This document shows positions 14,209-32,785 of a stretch of DNA of 64,000 nt, in pieces (the first letter of the stretch is position 1; each line of letters begins with the position of its first letter). The stretch is from the human T2T-CHM13v2.0 reference genome, Homo sapiens. The notes beneath the pieces are model-generated. The model searched no databases. It was not told the DNA's origin and saw only the letters and a program-made list of their open reading frames with translations. The DNA is taken from assembly GCF_009914755.1 (NCBI RefSeq), contig NC_060936.1; one strand, 5' to 3'. Both the position numbers and the translations under genes were made by a program.

Positions 14209-15965
14209 AACTAGTGGCAATCAGGAGCTACAGTTCTTTGGTAATTGTCTGGTGGGGTGGGAGGTTCTTGTGCCACTCAAACTGCTGCAGTAAGACAAAG
14301 GCTTAGTCAGAGGGCTCTGAAGGAAACTCACATTTCAAGGCCCTTTTGTTGTTGGGTGCTAATGTATTCTTCTGCTCAGAAACTGCAGAAAGGATGGGGT
14401 GAAGGAGGGCATATAGAACAGAGAGCATATGCCCCAATTATGCCACCTCTTTACTAAGGATTGTCAATCCAGTCCTTGCTAGTGAAGACATTCATTCATT
14501 CATTCAACAAATATTGTTTTTTTCAAAGAAAAAGTTCATTTTATTCTTACTCAGAGATGAACTTCTTTTATAACTTTATGATTACAAAAGTAATACATTT
14601 AAAGAATAAAACAAGTATAAAGAAGAGAAAACAAAACAAAGCACTATCACTGAAGATAATCACCATTAACATTTTGGATTCCATCTCTGTGGCTTTTCTA
14701 TGCATTTGTTATCCAGACACAGATACTTCCTCATTAGCTGGCTCTGGAGTCCTAGAAAATATTTACCTCGCTCTTCAAATGACTTCTCTCTCTCTCTTTA
14801 AAAAAAGAAAAAGAAAAAAGCTTTAGTACTATGAGGTTACAGTGATGAATAAGACAACTATGATTTTTGCCCTCATGAACCTTTTCTAGTAAGATATAGG
14901 CAATCATTAAGAAGCTTTGATTTGAGAATTATTAGTCCAAAACCTTAGAAGCAGCATTTGCTTTCAACCTTGCTTTTCATGTAGTCTGAAAAAATCAATT
15001 TTTATGTAGTCAAATTTATAGACTTTTTTTCTGTATATTTTTTGGTATTCTTATTATGGTTTAAGAGTCTTTTTCTCTTTCCAAAATATACAGACATCAG
15101 ACATATGTGCCTGTTTTCTTCTAGTAATATTATGGTTTATCTAAATCCTCCATACATCTAGGAATTCATTTTGGTGTAGAGGTGAGACTCTAGTATAGAA
15201 CATAGCTTTTTTTCATGGACATAAAATGATACATCTATCACAAACTAAATTCTCATAAGTATGTTTGGGTTTATTTCTGGACTTTATTATGTTCAAAATA
15301 TTGGTCTGTTTATTGTTGCAACACAATATTTATATTACTTTTGTACATCTTGTTGGTAAATATCCCTTTTTTACTCACATGTTTTTTATTATCATGGGTA
15401 TTTTCACATTAGCATTCTTTGAGATAAACTTTAGAATCAGTTTGTTTCCTTAAGAAATTTTTGATTGTAGATATATTAAATTTATAAATTAATTTAGGAG
15501 TATTTACATCTTTATACTATTGCCTTTTTTATCCAAACAAAATATGCTCTTAATTTATTCATCTTCTCTTCATTCTATCAGAATTTTAGAGTTTCTTCTT
15601 TTGATTTAATTTTATTCCTGACAATTATATTCCTATTATAAATGGATCTTTCTGCATTACATTTTCTCAGTAGCTGTTGTTTGAATATAGAAATCTATTT
15701 TTTATACATTACTTTTGTGGTGGTCTCCTTATTGAAGTTGCCTATTATTTTAAACAAGTTTTAGTTGGTATTCTTTGATTTTATAAGTTTAAAATATATG
15801 TCATATGCAAATTATTTCCACCTTTCTGACATTCATAACTCTCTTCATTTTCTTGATTAAGTGGGATGCTAGTGCCTTTAGCAGTGTATTGTGTAATAAC
15901 ATGGTAACTAAAATACTTATTTTATTTCTAACATTAATGAAAATACAGTAGTTCTAATTTTCTAA

Positions 15966-16316
<351 letters not shown>

Positions 16317-17059
16317 TGATGTTAGTTTTCTATCATAAACATAATATATATGTGCATATGAATATATATAATCTTAAGGATGTATTCATTGGAATTGATG
16401 TTGAATGCCTTTTGGCATTAAGAAGGTCAAATACTATTTTACCTTTGATATATGAATTCTAGTATTGAGTCATCTTTGTGTTTCTTGATGATAAATTTTT
16501 CTTTTAATGTTGAATTTCATTTGACAGCATTTTATTTAGGATTTGAGTATACCATTCACAAATTATATTAGTCTATGGTTTTCTTTATGCATTTCATCTC
16601 TATCAGATTTTGGCATTCATTTTATGCTAGCTTCATGAAAATACTTTGGATACTTTTATTCTTTCTCTGTTTCACAATTGTGAAAATGGTAGAAGAGTTA
16701 TATTGTTAAAGTTTTAAAAGCATGATCCTTGATGTCATTGGAACCTTGCTTGTTTATGCAGGGGTAGGGTGATGGTTATGGTGAAATTTTTCTCTGTTTA
16801 TTCCAGGGCTATTTGTCATTTCAGACTTTCTCTTTATTTTTGAGTTGATTTTGGCAATTTGATTTTTTAATTGTTTTAGAAAATCATTTTACCCAAAGTT
16901 GTATAAAATATTTTTCCAAAGTTTAAAATTAGGACTTGAAAATAATGATCAATTGCCCTCAATCCTATAATCTAACCAGTGTTAATGGTGGTGGGATGTT
17001 ATTTCATCATCTCTCCATGAATATCTACAGATAGAAGGATATGTGGGTGGATGGATGGG

Positions 17060-17415
17060 TGATGTGGTTTGGCTCTGTGTCCCCACCCAAATCTCATCTT
17101 GTAGCTCCCATAATTCCCACGTGTTGTGGGAGGGACCTGGTGGGAGATGATTGAATCATAGGGGGAGGTCTTTCCTGTGCTGTTCTTGTGATAGTGAATG
17201 AATTTCATGAGACCTCATGATTTTAAAAATGGGAGTTTCCCTGCACAAGCTCTCTTGTCTTGTCTGACACCATGTGAAATGTGCCTTTCACCTTCCACCA
17301 TGATTGTGAGACCTCCCTATCTATGTGGAATTGTAAGTCCAATAAACCTCTTCGTTTTGTAAATTGCCCAGTCTTGGGTGTGTCTTTATCTGTAGCATGA
17401 AAACAGACTAATACA
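17060..17415 (+). mobile_element. THE1B/C-type MaLR solo LTR
   Basis: tgatgtggtttggctctgtgtccccacccaaatctcatc ... aataaacctc ... cagactaataca. Confidence 0.9.
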
Positions 17416-18795
17416 ATCAGTAGGTAGATAGATGGATAGAAATTATCATTATAAGAAATGATCTTATATGCACTATTTTAATAAAATATTAAATTTAATA
17501 TAAAATATTAATTTTACTTGAATTTAACAGAATAAAAATAACTTGAAGGAAAACTAAAGGAATTACAGAATTTTAATTCTGAAAAAAGTAATTATTTATT
17601 GTTAAAACTATCAGTTCTAAAGGATTCTTCCAAGATTAAGGAAAGGGGATTTAGAAAATGACTAAAAAGTTGAAGAAGTTTTTTTAACCAAATGGTACAG
17701 GTTTAGGTAGTAAAGACGAATTCTGAGATATGAGTGGTGAGATAATTAGTATTACATCTCTTCCCACCTCCCATCTCCCTGCCTTCCAATTTTTGTTGAT
17801 TATATTATTTTTTCTTTGTCAGGGTTTATTACTTTTCCATTTTGATCTGTAGCCAAAATCCCCTTAGAATTTCAGTCTAAATCCTATATTTACATGAATT
17901 CGCTCTTCATCCATGGTTGTTTTTCACCTCAGTTTCTGTATTCTTTGTTTTTTTTCTTGTGATTCATTCTTGATTGGCTGAATTTTATTGTTAAGGAGCT
18001 ACTTTCAAGAGGGACTTAAAGGAGTCTTATACCCTCAACTTTTTCATTTTGGAATTGTCTATCTGTTGCCTTTATATTGGGAAAGAAATTCACCGCATAC
18101 AAGATTTTGCAACCCACTTTTTTCTCTTGAGACATTGTAAAATTTATTACAATGGCTGCATAATATTTCATGGAATGGATCTTACTTATGTAATATTCTT
18201 GTCAAACATATACAATTTGAATTTAACCATAAGATAATAGGAGGCAAACTAAAACTGAGGGACATCCTATAAACAACTAGCCTGTACTTTTTGAAAAATC
18301 TAAAAAGACATGATAACCCAATGCATTATGTTATTCTGGATTAGATTCAGGACTGGAAAAAATTGTCTATAAATGCTTATTACCTGGATGATGGGATCTA
18401 TACTTTAAATCTCAGCATCATGCAATATACTTATGGAACAAACTTGCACATGCACCCTTTATTTCTAAAATCAAAGTTGAAAGAAATAATTTTTGCTGAA
18501 TACCGAGGCTTAAACCAAAACAGAACATATTTCAGTTTGTTTTTCATTTTTTGTATTAAAATACTTATGAACATCAAAACATGCTAAAACTATTGGTTAA
18601 AAATTTGATGAGAAACAGTATGTATGCAAAATCTCAAAGTATCTCCCCACAAATTATAAAAGGAGAGCTTTTACAGTGAGGAAAGCTGGCAGACAGTACT
18701 TTAACCAAGGAATCAACATTAACATCAGTCATAACAGAACATTATTATCCTTCTGATGTAAGGCACTGAGAAGGACATAATATCACTTACATAAT

Positions 18796-19090
18796 ATTTT
18801 ATTTTGAGACAAGGTCTAGCTTTGTTGCCTAGGCTGAAGTGCAGTGGTGCGATCATGGCTCACTGTAGCCTCAACCTCCCGGGCTCAGAAGAACCACCCA
18901 CCTTAGCCTCCTGAGAATCTGGGACTACAGACACACACCACCATCTTGGCTCATCTTTGGGGGAGTTTTTTGTAGACATGGGGTTTCGCTACGTTGCCCA
19001 GGCTGGTCTCCAACTCCTGAGTTCAAACAATCCACCTGCCTTGGCCTCCCAAAATGCTGGGATTACAGGCATGAGCTGTGGTACCCAGCT
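18796..19090 (-). mobile_element. AluJ-like
   Basis: Diverged Alu dimer. Confidence 0.88.
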
Positions 19091-19715
19091 AGGATCAGAA
19101 ATATTTAGACTATCGCTCTAGTCCTCTGCCTTAGCTATTGTATGACTTAATCTGAACTACTAGCTTTAAAGTCCACGAGTTCAAATTCTTGGGAGAAATA
19201 GTTGAATTGGTCACTGTCCAACCAATGGATTGGTTTTCCCTGATTCAGATGCCTGTAGAGGTTATGTATTACAATTATGGCTGCAGGAGACTATCTTTAT
19301 AAGGGGAAATTCTCAGAAAACAAATATGTGGGGTTGGCAGGCATCCTAAATAATGTGTAGTAAGGTTTTTGCAATGTTGTCTTTCAGCCTAAGAACAATG
19401 TAGGTCTCTTCATTTATTCAAATCTTTTCTTAAGGCCTTTCATAGAGTTTTTAGTGAAACATTGTCTCTAAATATATATTTAGATATCTTATGCTTTTTG
19501 TTATTTTGGTTATTTTGAATAAAATCTTTTTTCCTAGTATATGTATCTGCATGATTGAATGGTTCTTATTTCTTTATATACAGCAATTAGTTTTCATATT
19601 TAATTTTAACCAACTACCTATTTATTTATTTATTTTAAATAAATAAATTTTGAGCTATTTTAAATAGCTCAAAGGCTTGCAGGCAGGCTGTTTATTTTTA
19701 ATTTTTAATTTTTTT

Positions 19716-21825
<2,110 letters not shown>

Positions 21826-22369
21826 TAAGTTTTTAATTTTTATATATTTAGGAGTACAAGGACAGACTTCTTACATGCATATATGGCATACTGATAAAGT
21901 CTGGGCTTTTAGTGTACCCATCACCCAAAACCCCTATTTAATTTTCTGAATATTTCTGTTTATCAGTTGTATAGCGTCATGTTATCTGCAAATAAAAACA
22001 GTTTTGTCTTTTTTATAGTATGCAGCCCTATATTTTATTCTATAAAAATATCAACATATTTATTATAGTCAGTAAGAAACCAGTACATTTATTTTCATTT
22101 TGTAAACAAGGAAAAGGACAGAACTATTTTGCTACCTTTTGGCAGGTCTAAAGAAAGTGTGAAACAAGATATTGAATTTCTTGTTGAACTTAACTGGAAA
22201 TAATTTGGCCTACCAACAAAACTGCCATCCATCCTTCCATCCATCCACCCATTGAATCAATGTTTACTTTGTGCCTCTTCCATGCTGTTGATCCTTGTGG
22301 ATACAATAAGAAAGACACAGTCCCTGACCTTAAAGATTTGTCAGTGCTTTTAGCCATTGGCCATACTGA

Positions 22370-22501
<132 letters not shown>

Positions 22502-25500
22502 TAAGTAATGAGAGCACTGCTCTCTAGTTGATGTTTAAAATATTATGAAATGATTAAATGAGCTAAGAAGTGTTCCCTCCTCTTCTGTTTTCCAAAATAA
22601 CTTGGGTAGAGTTGACATTATTATGTCTATGGATCTTTGACAAATATCACCACTGCAGAATTTTCTTTGTGAGAAATTCCAGTCATTCCTCACCTCCACC
22701 CGCAAATTCAGTATATTTAATAGATATGGAGCTATTCAGGTTATCTGTTGATAGTAATCAGCTTAGGCAGTTTGTGTCTTTCAATGAATTTGTCCATTTC
22801 AACTAAGTTGTCAAATTCATCAGCATAAAGTTCTTCGTATTCACTTATACTTTTAATGTCTGTAGGATCTATAGTGATGATTCATTTGTTGTTCTTGATG
22901 TCAGTAACTTGTCTTTTTTTTTTTCTTGGTTAATCTGACATGAAGTTTATCAGTTTTTTTAATCTCTCAAAGTACCAGCTTTTGGTTAAAGTTAAAATTC
23001 TTACTTTTTGTTTTCTATTTCATTGATTTCTGCTCTTATTTTCTGGTATTAATATAGGCACTCTGGCCTTTTTTATTTTTAATTTACATCTACTGAAGTT
23101 CAAATTTTTGTATAAATTTCTGAGTTTTGACAAGTTCATAGTAATATAACCACTACCATTATCATAACACACAACACTGAAAAATTTCCCTATGCCGTTC
23201 ATTTGTGATCAGACTCACCATCTACACTGTCCCCTGGTAACCACTGGTCTGCTTTTTGTTGCTATGGTTTTGATTTATTTCAGAATGTGACATAAATGAA
23301 ACCATACAGTATATAACACTTTCAGTCTGCCTCCTTTCATTTAGCATAATGTCTTTGATCAATATTTCATTCCTTCTTTGTTACAGAGAAAGATACCTTT
23401 AAGTGATTATAACAGCTTGTTTAGCCATTTATCTGTTCAAGGACATTTGAATTATTTCCAGTTTTGGCAATTGTAAATCATGCTTCTATAAATATTTATG
23501 TGTGGGTTTTTGTGTGATCAATAGTTTAAATTTCTCTATGATAAATACTTAGGATAAGAACTGCTGGATCATGTTGTAAATGTAAGTTTAACTGTAAAAA
23601 TATCCACATTTTTAGAGTGGTGGTACCACTTTGTGTTGTTAGCAATGCATGAGATATCCAATTGCTTCTCTTCATTGCCAATTCTTGGGTATTATGAGTT
23701 TAAAATTGTTTTTATTATAGCCATTCTAATTGGTTTGTAATGACATACCATGTATTAATGTGCATTTTTCTAATAACTAATGATGTTGAACATCATTTCA
23801 TGTACTAGTTCACCATTTATACATTTTCTTTGGTGAAGTGTTAATTCAAATCTTTTGCCCATTTTTAAAAATTGAGTTTGTTTTCTTTAAGTTTAGAAAA
23901 ATTTTTAGATATTCTGGATATAAAAAGTTTGTTAGATATGTTATTCATGAATATTTTCTCCAAGTTTGTCGTTTATGTTTTTATAATCTTAACAGTGTTT
24001 TTCTCAGAGCAAAAGTTTTAATTTTGATGATGTCCAATTTATTGAATTTTTCTTATATGACTTACGGTTTATAGCTAAGAAGTATAGACTTTACCTAATC
24101 CAAGTTCCCAAAGATTTTCTTTTAAAAGTTTTATAGTTTTATATTTAGGTCTATGATCCATTTTGATTTTTTTTTGTAAAAGGCTTGAGATACAGATTTA
24201 TATTAGTTTCTTTGTATGTGGATGTCCAATTATCCTGGAATCATTTGTTAAATAACTTTCTTTCATTAAATTACCTTTGCACAGTTGTAAAAAATCAATT
24301 GACAAAATATATGTGGGTCTATTTCTAGACTCTTCATTCCTTTCCATTGATCTACGTGCCTATCATTTTGCCAACACAACATTATCTTGATTACTGTACA
24401 TGATCTTTATTACTGTACACAGGCACTTTATTATAAGCCTTAAAATAATATAGTGTAAGTCCTCTGAATTTTTCTTCTGTTTCAATATTGTCTTGGTTAT
24501 TCTAGTTTCTTTGACTTCCCACATAAACACTAGAATTAGCTTGTCAATATTTAAACAATTCTTCTGGGATTTTGATTAAAATTTTATTAAACCTAGTGAT
24601 CTATCTAAGGAGACTTAACATTCTAACAAAATTGAGCCTTCCAATCTATGAACATGGTATATCTATTTATTGAGGGCTTCTTTGATTTCTTTCATCAGTG
24701 TTTTATAGTTTTCAACATAAAAATACTGCACATATTTTCCTAAATATTTCATGTTCTTCTTTGAACATCATGGTTTTTTTTCAATTTTTAGTTCCAATTA
24801 TTCATCATTAGTATATGGAAATATTGATTTTCATATATTGGGTTTGTAATCTTAATTAAGTCATTTATTAGTTCTAATAACTTTTTAAAATATATATTTC
24901 TTGGGATATTCTATGTTGAAGGTCATGTCATCTGCAAATTGAGACAGTTGTATGTCTTTCTTTTCAAACTGTATATCTTTTGATACTTTCTTGCCTTGCT
25001 GAAGTAGGTAAGACCTGGGTATAGTATTGAATAAAGAAATAGTGAGACTAGACATATTTGCCTTGTCCATGACCTTGGAGGGGAAGCATTTAGTTTTTAT
25101 CATTAAGTGTAATGTTAGTGATACTTTTTTTTTAACCATGCCCTTTATTTGCTTAAGGAGGTTCTCTTCCACTGTTAGTTTGCTGATAATTTTTATCATA
25201 AATGGATGTTGAATTTTGTCAATTTTTTTCTGTATTTATTGATTATATGTTTTTTCTTCCCATCTGTTAATATAATGGATTACTTTGCTTAGTTTTTGAT
25301 TATTGAACTGCCTTGTATTCCTGGAATAAATCTCAGTTAATTGTGATATGTTATCTTTTGATACAATGCTGGATTCAATTTGGTAAAATTTTGTTGAGCA
25401 TTTTGCATCTATGTTTATAAGAATATTGATCACAGTTTTGTTTTTTTATATTTTATTTTTTCTGGGTTTGGTATCACAGCAACTATACCCTTCTAAAATT

Positions 25501-26754
25501 CGTTGGGAAATTCCCTCACTTAAATTCTCTGGATGAGATAGTGTAGAATTGGATTTATTTCTTGCTTAAATGTTTGGTAGCATTAATCAGCAAAATAATC
25601 TGTTCCTTTGCTTTGTTGGAGGGTCTTAAATACAAATTTAATTTATTTAGTAGATTCAGGGCTATTTATGGTATCTCATTCTACTTAAGTGAGTTAGCTT
25701 GTTTTACTTTTTTCCCAAGGAATTGATCAATGTTATCTAAGTTGTTAAATTTATGGCCATAGAGTTATTCATAGTATTTTTTATTAACCTTTTAATCTCT
25801 AAAGAGTCTGTAGTGATATTCCCTCTTTTGTTCTTCATATTGGTAGTTTGTTTCTTTTTTTCTTTTCTCCTTAATCAATGTGGACGTTTATCAATTTTAT
25901 TGATTGATTCAAATAGGTAGCTTTTGATGTCATTGATTTTCTCTATTATGTTTGTTTTCAATTTCACTGACTTCTACTCTTATCTTTATTATTTTGTTCC
26001 TTATGCTTAATTTGGGTTTAGTTTGCTCTTATTTTTCTAGTTCTTTAGAGTGGAAAGTGAGTTTGTGATTTGAGGTTAAACTTTGTTTTCTGATTTAAGC
26101 ATTCAATGCTGTACATTTCCCTCTGTATGTGGCTTTAGCTGCCTCACTCAGTTTTTGATATACTATATATATATTTTTTTTTCAGTTCAAAATACTTTCA
26201 AATTTCTTTTGAGAAATTTTATTTGACTTTCTTTGACTCATGGGTTGCTGGAAATGTATTATGTAACTTCCAAACGTTTGGAAATTTTCCATATATTTTT
26301 CTGTGACTGGTTTCTAGTTTAATTCCATTATGAACAGAGAACATCCTTTGTATGATTTCAAATTTTGTTAAGGTTTGCTTTATGACCCAGAATATGATCT
26401 ATCTTGGTGAATGTTACGTATGCACTTGGAAGAATGCTCACTGTGCTGTTGTTGGATAGTATTCTATAAATATCAGTTAGGTCAAGTTGGTTGACATTCT
26501 TGTTCAGGTCTTCTATATCCTTGCTGATTGCTTTCTACTAATTTTATCTACGACAGTGACAGAAATGTTGAAGTCTTCAAGTGTGATTGTGGATGTTTCT
26601 ACTTCTCCATCAGTTCTATTGGATTTTGTGAAAACATAATTGTATTGAATTGAAAAGTTATGTGGTTAAGTGCAAACACATTTAGTACTGTTTTGTCTTT
26701 CTGGTGAACTTAGTCTTTTATCAGAGTGATGTTCCTTTTTATCTCCTTTTTCTT

Positions 26755-27010
26755 TTCTCAAAAGAAGACATTTATGCAGCCAAAAAACACATGAAAAAAT
26801 GCTCATCATCACTGGCCATCAGAGAAATGCAAATCAAAACCACAATGAGATACCATCTCACACCAGTTAGAATGGCAATCATTAAAAAGTCAGGAAACAA
26901 CAGGTGCTGGAGAGGATGTGGAGAAACAGGAACACTTTTACACTGTTGGTAGGAACGTAAACTAGTTCATCCATTGTGGAAGTCAGTGTGGCAATTCCTC
27001 AGGCATCTAG
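26755..27010 (+). mobile_element. 256-bp internal L1PA ORF2 fragment with no tail and no TSD; inverted copy of 28430-28684
   Basis: ORF 26704..26952 ([12 protein letters not shown]...[12 protein letters not shown]). Confidence 0.92.
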
Positions 27011-27057
27011 GAAGTCTATTTGGTCCAATATTAATCTAGCCACTGCAGCTCTCTTTT

Positions 27058-27528
27058 TTTTTCTTTTCTTCAACTTTTATTTTAAGTTCAGAGGTACATA
27101 TGCAGGATGTACAGACTTGTTACATAGATAAACGTGTGCCTAGGTGGTTTGCTGCAAGGATCATCCCATCACCTAGGTATTCAGCCCAGCATCCATTAGC
27201 TATTCTTCCTGATGCTCTCCATCTGCCCCCAACACCTGGGCCCCCCAACAGGCTCCAGTGTATGTTGTTCCCCCTTGTGTTCATGTGTTCTCATAATTCA
27301 GCTCCCACTTATAAGTGAGAATATGTGGTGTTTGGTTTTCCATTTCTGCATTAGTTTGCTGAGGATAATGACTTCCAACTCCATCCATGTCCCTGCAAAG
27401 GACATGATCTCATTCCTTTTTATGGCTGTATAGTATTCCATGGTGTATATTACCACACTTTCTTTATCCATTCTATCATTGATGGACATTTAGGTTGATT
27501 CCATGTTTTTGCTATTGTGAATAGTTTC
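27058..27528 (-). mobile_element. Short L1PA 3' fragment, older (about PA8-PA10)
   Basis: L1 3' UTR with tail; TSD gctctctttt on both sides (about 27048 and 27530). Confidence 0.85.
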
Positions 27529-27864
27529 GGCTCTCTTTTGATTAGTGTTTTTGTTATATATCTTTTGCCATCCTTTAATTGTAACCTATATATATCAAAT
27601 TAGTTTTTTTATTCAGCGTATCATTGGGTATTTTTCCCTATCTAATTGGACAATTTCTGTCTCAACTTAGACAATTTATATTTAAATTAATTATTGATAT
27701 GTTTGGATTTGAGTCTATCTTTTTCTTTTAAAAAATGTTCATCCCCTCTGCTTCTTGTACTTCTTTTCCCCCTTTCCTGCCCTCTTTTAAATTGTTTGAA
27801 GATTTTTAGTATTCCATCTTAATATATTGATTGCCTTTTAAACTCTTCATATAGATTTATTTTC

Positions 27865-30579
<2,715 letters not shown>

Positions 30580-31762
30580 ATTTATTTTCAGTGGTAACTC
30601 GAGGGACAACAATCTACATACCTAACCTCTTGCAGTCAATTTAAAGATATTTTACCACTTCACATGAAAAGTAGAAACCTTATAGCCATAAAAGTCCCAT
30701 TTCTCTTTCCCTTTTATATTGTAGCTATCATGTGTATTGCATCTATATATATTTAAAACTCTATGAGACAATGCTATAATCTTTGGTTTCAACACTCATG
30801 TATATGTTGAGGAACTTAAGAGAGAAAAAGTAGGCTATTACATTGACCCAAGCATTTCCCATTTTTGTTGGTCTTCTTCATTTGGGAAGTTCCACAATTC
30901 TTTCTGGCATCATTCTTCTTCCACCTTAGGAACTCCCTTTAGAATTTCATTTAGAGCAGATTTGTTGGTGATAGATTTTCTTAGTTTTCTTCCACTGAAA
31001 ATGTCTTTATTTCAACTTCATTTTTAAAAGACATTTTTGCTGAATATGAAATACTTGGTCATTAGAGTTTTTTCCTCCCACAGCATTTAAAAAATGTTGA
31101 CCCACTGCCTTCTAGCCTCCATGGTTTCTGATGAAAAATAAACAGCTATTTGAATCATTGTTCCCTTGTATGTAATACATCATTTTTCTCCATCTGCAAG
31201 ATATTTTCTTTATCTTTGGTATTCAGCAGTTTGATTATATGTTTCTAGGTATGAGCCTTTTTTTATATTGTACTGTTTGGGATTTGCTCAAATTCGAATC
31301 TGTAAATGTATAGTTTTGACCACATCTGGGAAATTTGTAGCCATTGTTTTTTAACATTTATTTTTCTTTACCAGTGTCTTTCTTTTTCCCTTCTAGAACT
31401 CCAAGAATGCAATGTTAGACCTTTGATATTTTGCACAGGTCACTGAGGCTCAGTTCGTTTTTTTTTCAATCTTTTTTCTCTCTGTTGGTTATATTGGATA
31501 ATTTCTATTGATTTGACTTTAAGTTCACTGACTCTCCTCTGTCACTGTCATCTCCATTCTGTTATTGAGCCCACCTCAGCATACCTGCAAATACCCCTAC
31601 CCTCCTAAGACAGAGAGTGAAACCAGGCCTGAATCCTCAATAGTAGTGGAGAAACCTGTATGCAGATATTTCTGGTACCTGGCTCTTATTACTCTCTGCC
31701 AAGAGAAACTTCCTTGGCAACAAACTGTGGGAAGAAGGTGAGTTCAACATTTTTCAAGGAAG

Positions 31763-31765
<3 letters not shown>

Positions 31766-31795
<30 letters not shown>
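31766..31795. repeat. (AC)n microsatellite
   Basis: Seen directly. Confidence 0.95.
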
Positions 31796-31798
<3 letters not shown>

Positions 31799-32156
31799 CT
31801 AGTAGGTTGCCAAATGTCTGAGCCCACACTCTGAGCTGGCTGTTCTGTGCTAGGCGCTGCATGGGCTGAACTCAGATCCTAATTGCCCCTGTGCCTGCCC
31901 TCACATTCCTCTCACTACATCCCAGTAACTTGTATGAATTGTGGACAATGGATATATCCTTTTCTCTGACCTGGAAGCAACCTGCCAAAAGTTGTATAGT
32001 CTCTCTCCTCTTAAGTGTCTTCTCCTAAAGCGAATGTTCCGCTGATTCCACCTGGGTTCTGTATAATCATCTAGACTACTTTTTATAACTAACAGAAAGA
32101 CCTTTAGCTGTTTAGAAGGAAAAGTGAACAAAGGTCTTCATCAAAGAGCTGTCTTT

Positions 32157-32785
32157 TACAGGGATGGAAATGTGTGATACCATTCCTTGTCCATCATAAT
32201 GGTCACAACCAACACTCCTATAACAAAAGACAGGCTAACAAGAGAAAAGCATAAACAATTTACTTAATTAAAGTTTTATGTGATGCAGGAGTCTTCAGAA
32301 ATGAAACCCAGAGACTCAGGGAAAACTATTTTTATTTTTATGCTTGGGTTCAATGAGGAGTGAACAGCTGTGTAGAAATGTAAGTGGACAAAAGGGTGTG
32401 ATCTAATGGTAATAGACTGAGGGAGGAAACCCAGCAGGGTCTGTTCAGATTTTTCTTGGCTTCTCTTTGTAGCATTGCTTCTTCCAAGGTATGAGGTAGG
32501 GTCTCTTTGGAATGAGAGTCCCCTTGGAATGAGACAGAAGGGAGAGAGTGACTTTTCTGGGTTTTATGGCTCGCTTTATGGGGAGGAGTTCTAGTATCTA
32601 TGAACCATCTTGGGGAAGAAGAATTATGGTTTCTGTGATTTGCTCTGAGGGAGAAAAGGGGGTGAGAGACAGGAGGACAGGGGAAGGTCAGAGATACCTT
32701 GCTTCTGAGGTCCTTCCAGTGTCCTTCATTTCAAAGTACTCAGCATGCCAAGGCACCATACTTTGGGGTATTGTGTTCTGAGCTA
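32157..32785 (-). mobile_element. ERV1 solo LTR, MER67/MER31-like
   Basis: cctataacaaaagacaggctaacaagagaaaagc ... cagcatgccaaggcaccatactttggggta motifs. Confidence 0.6.
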
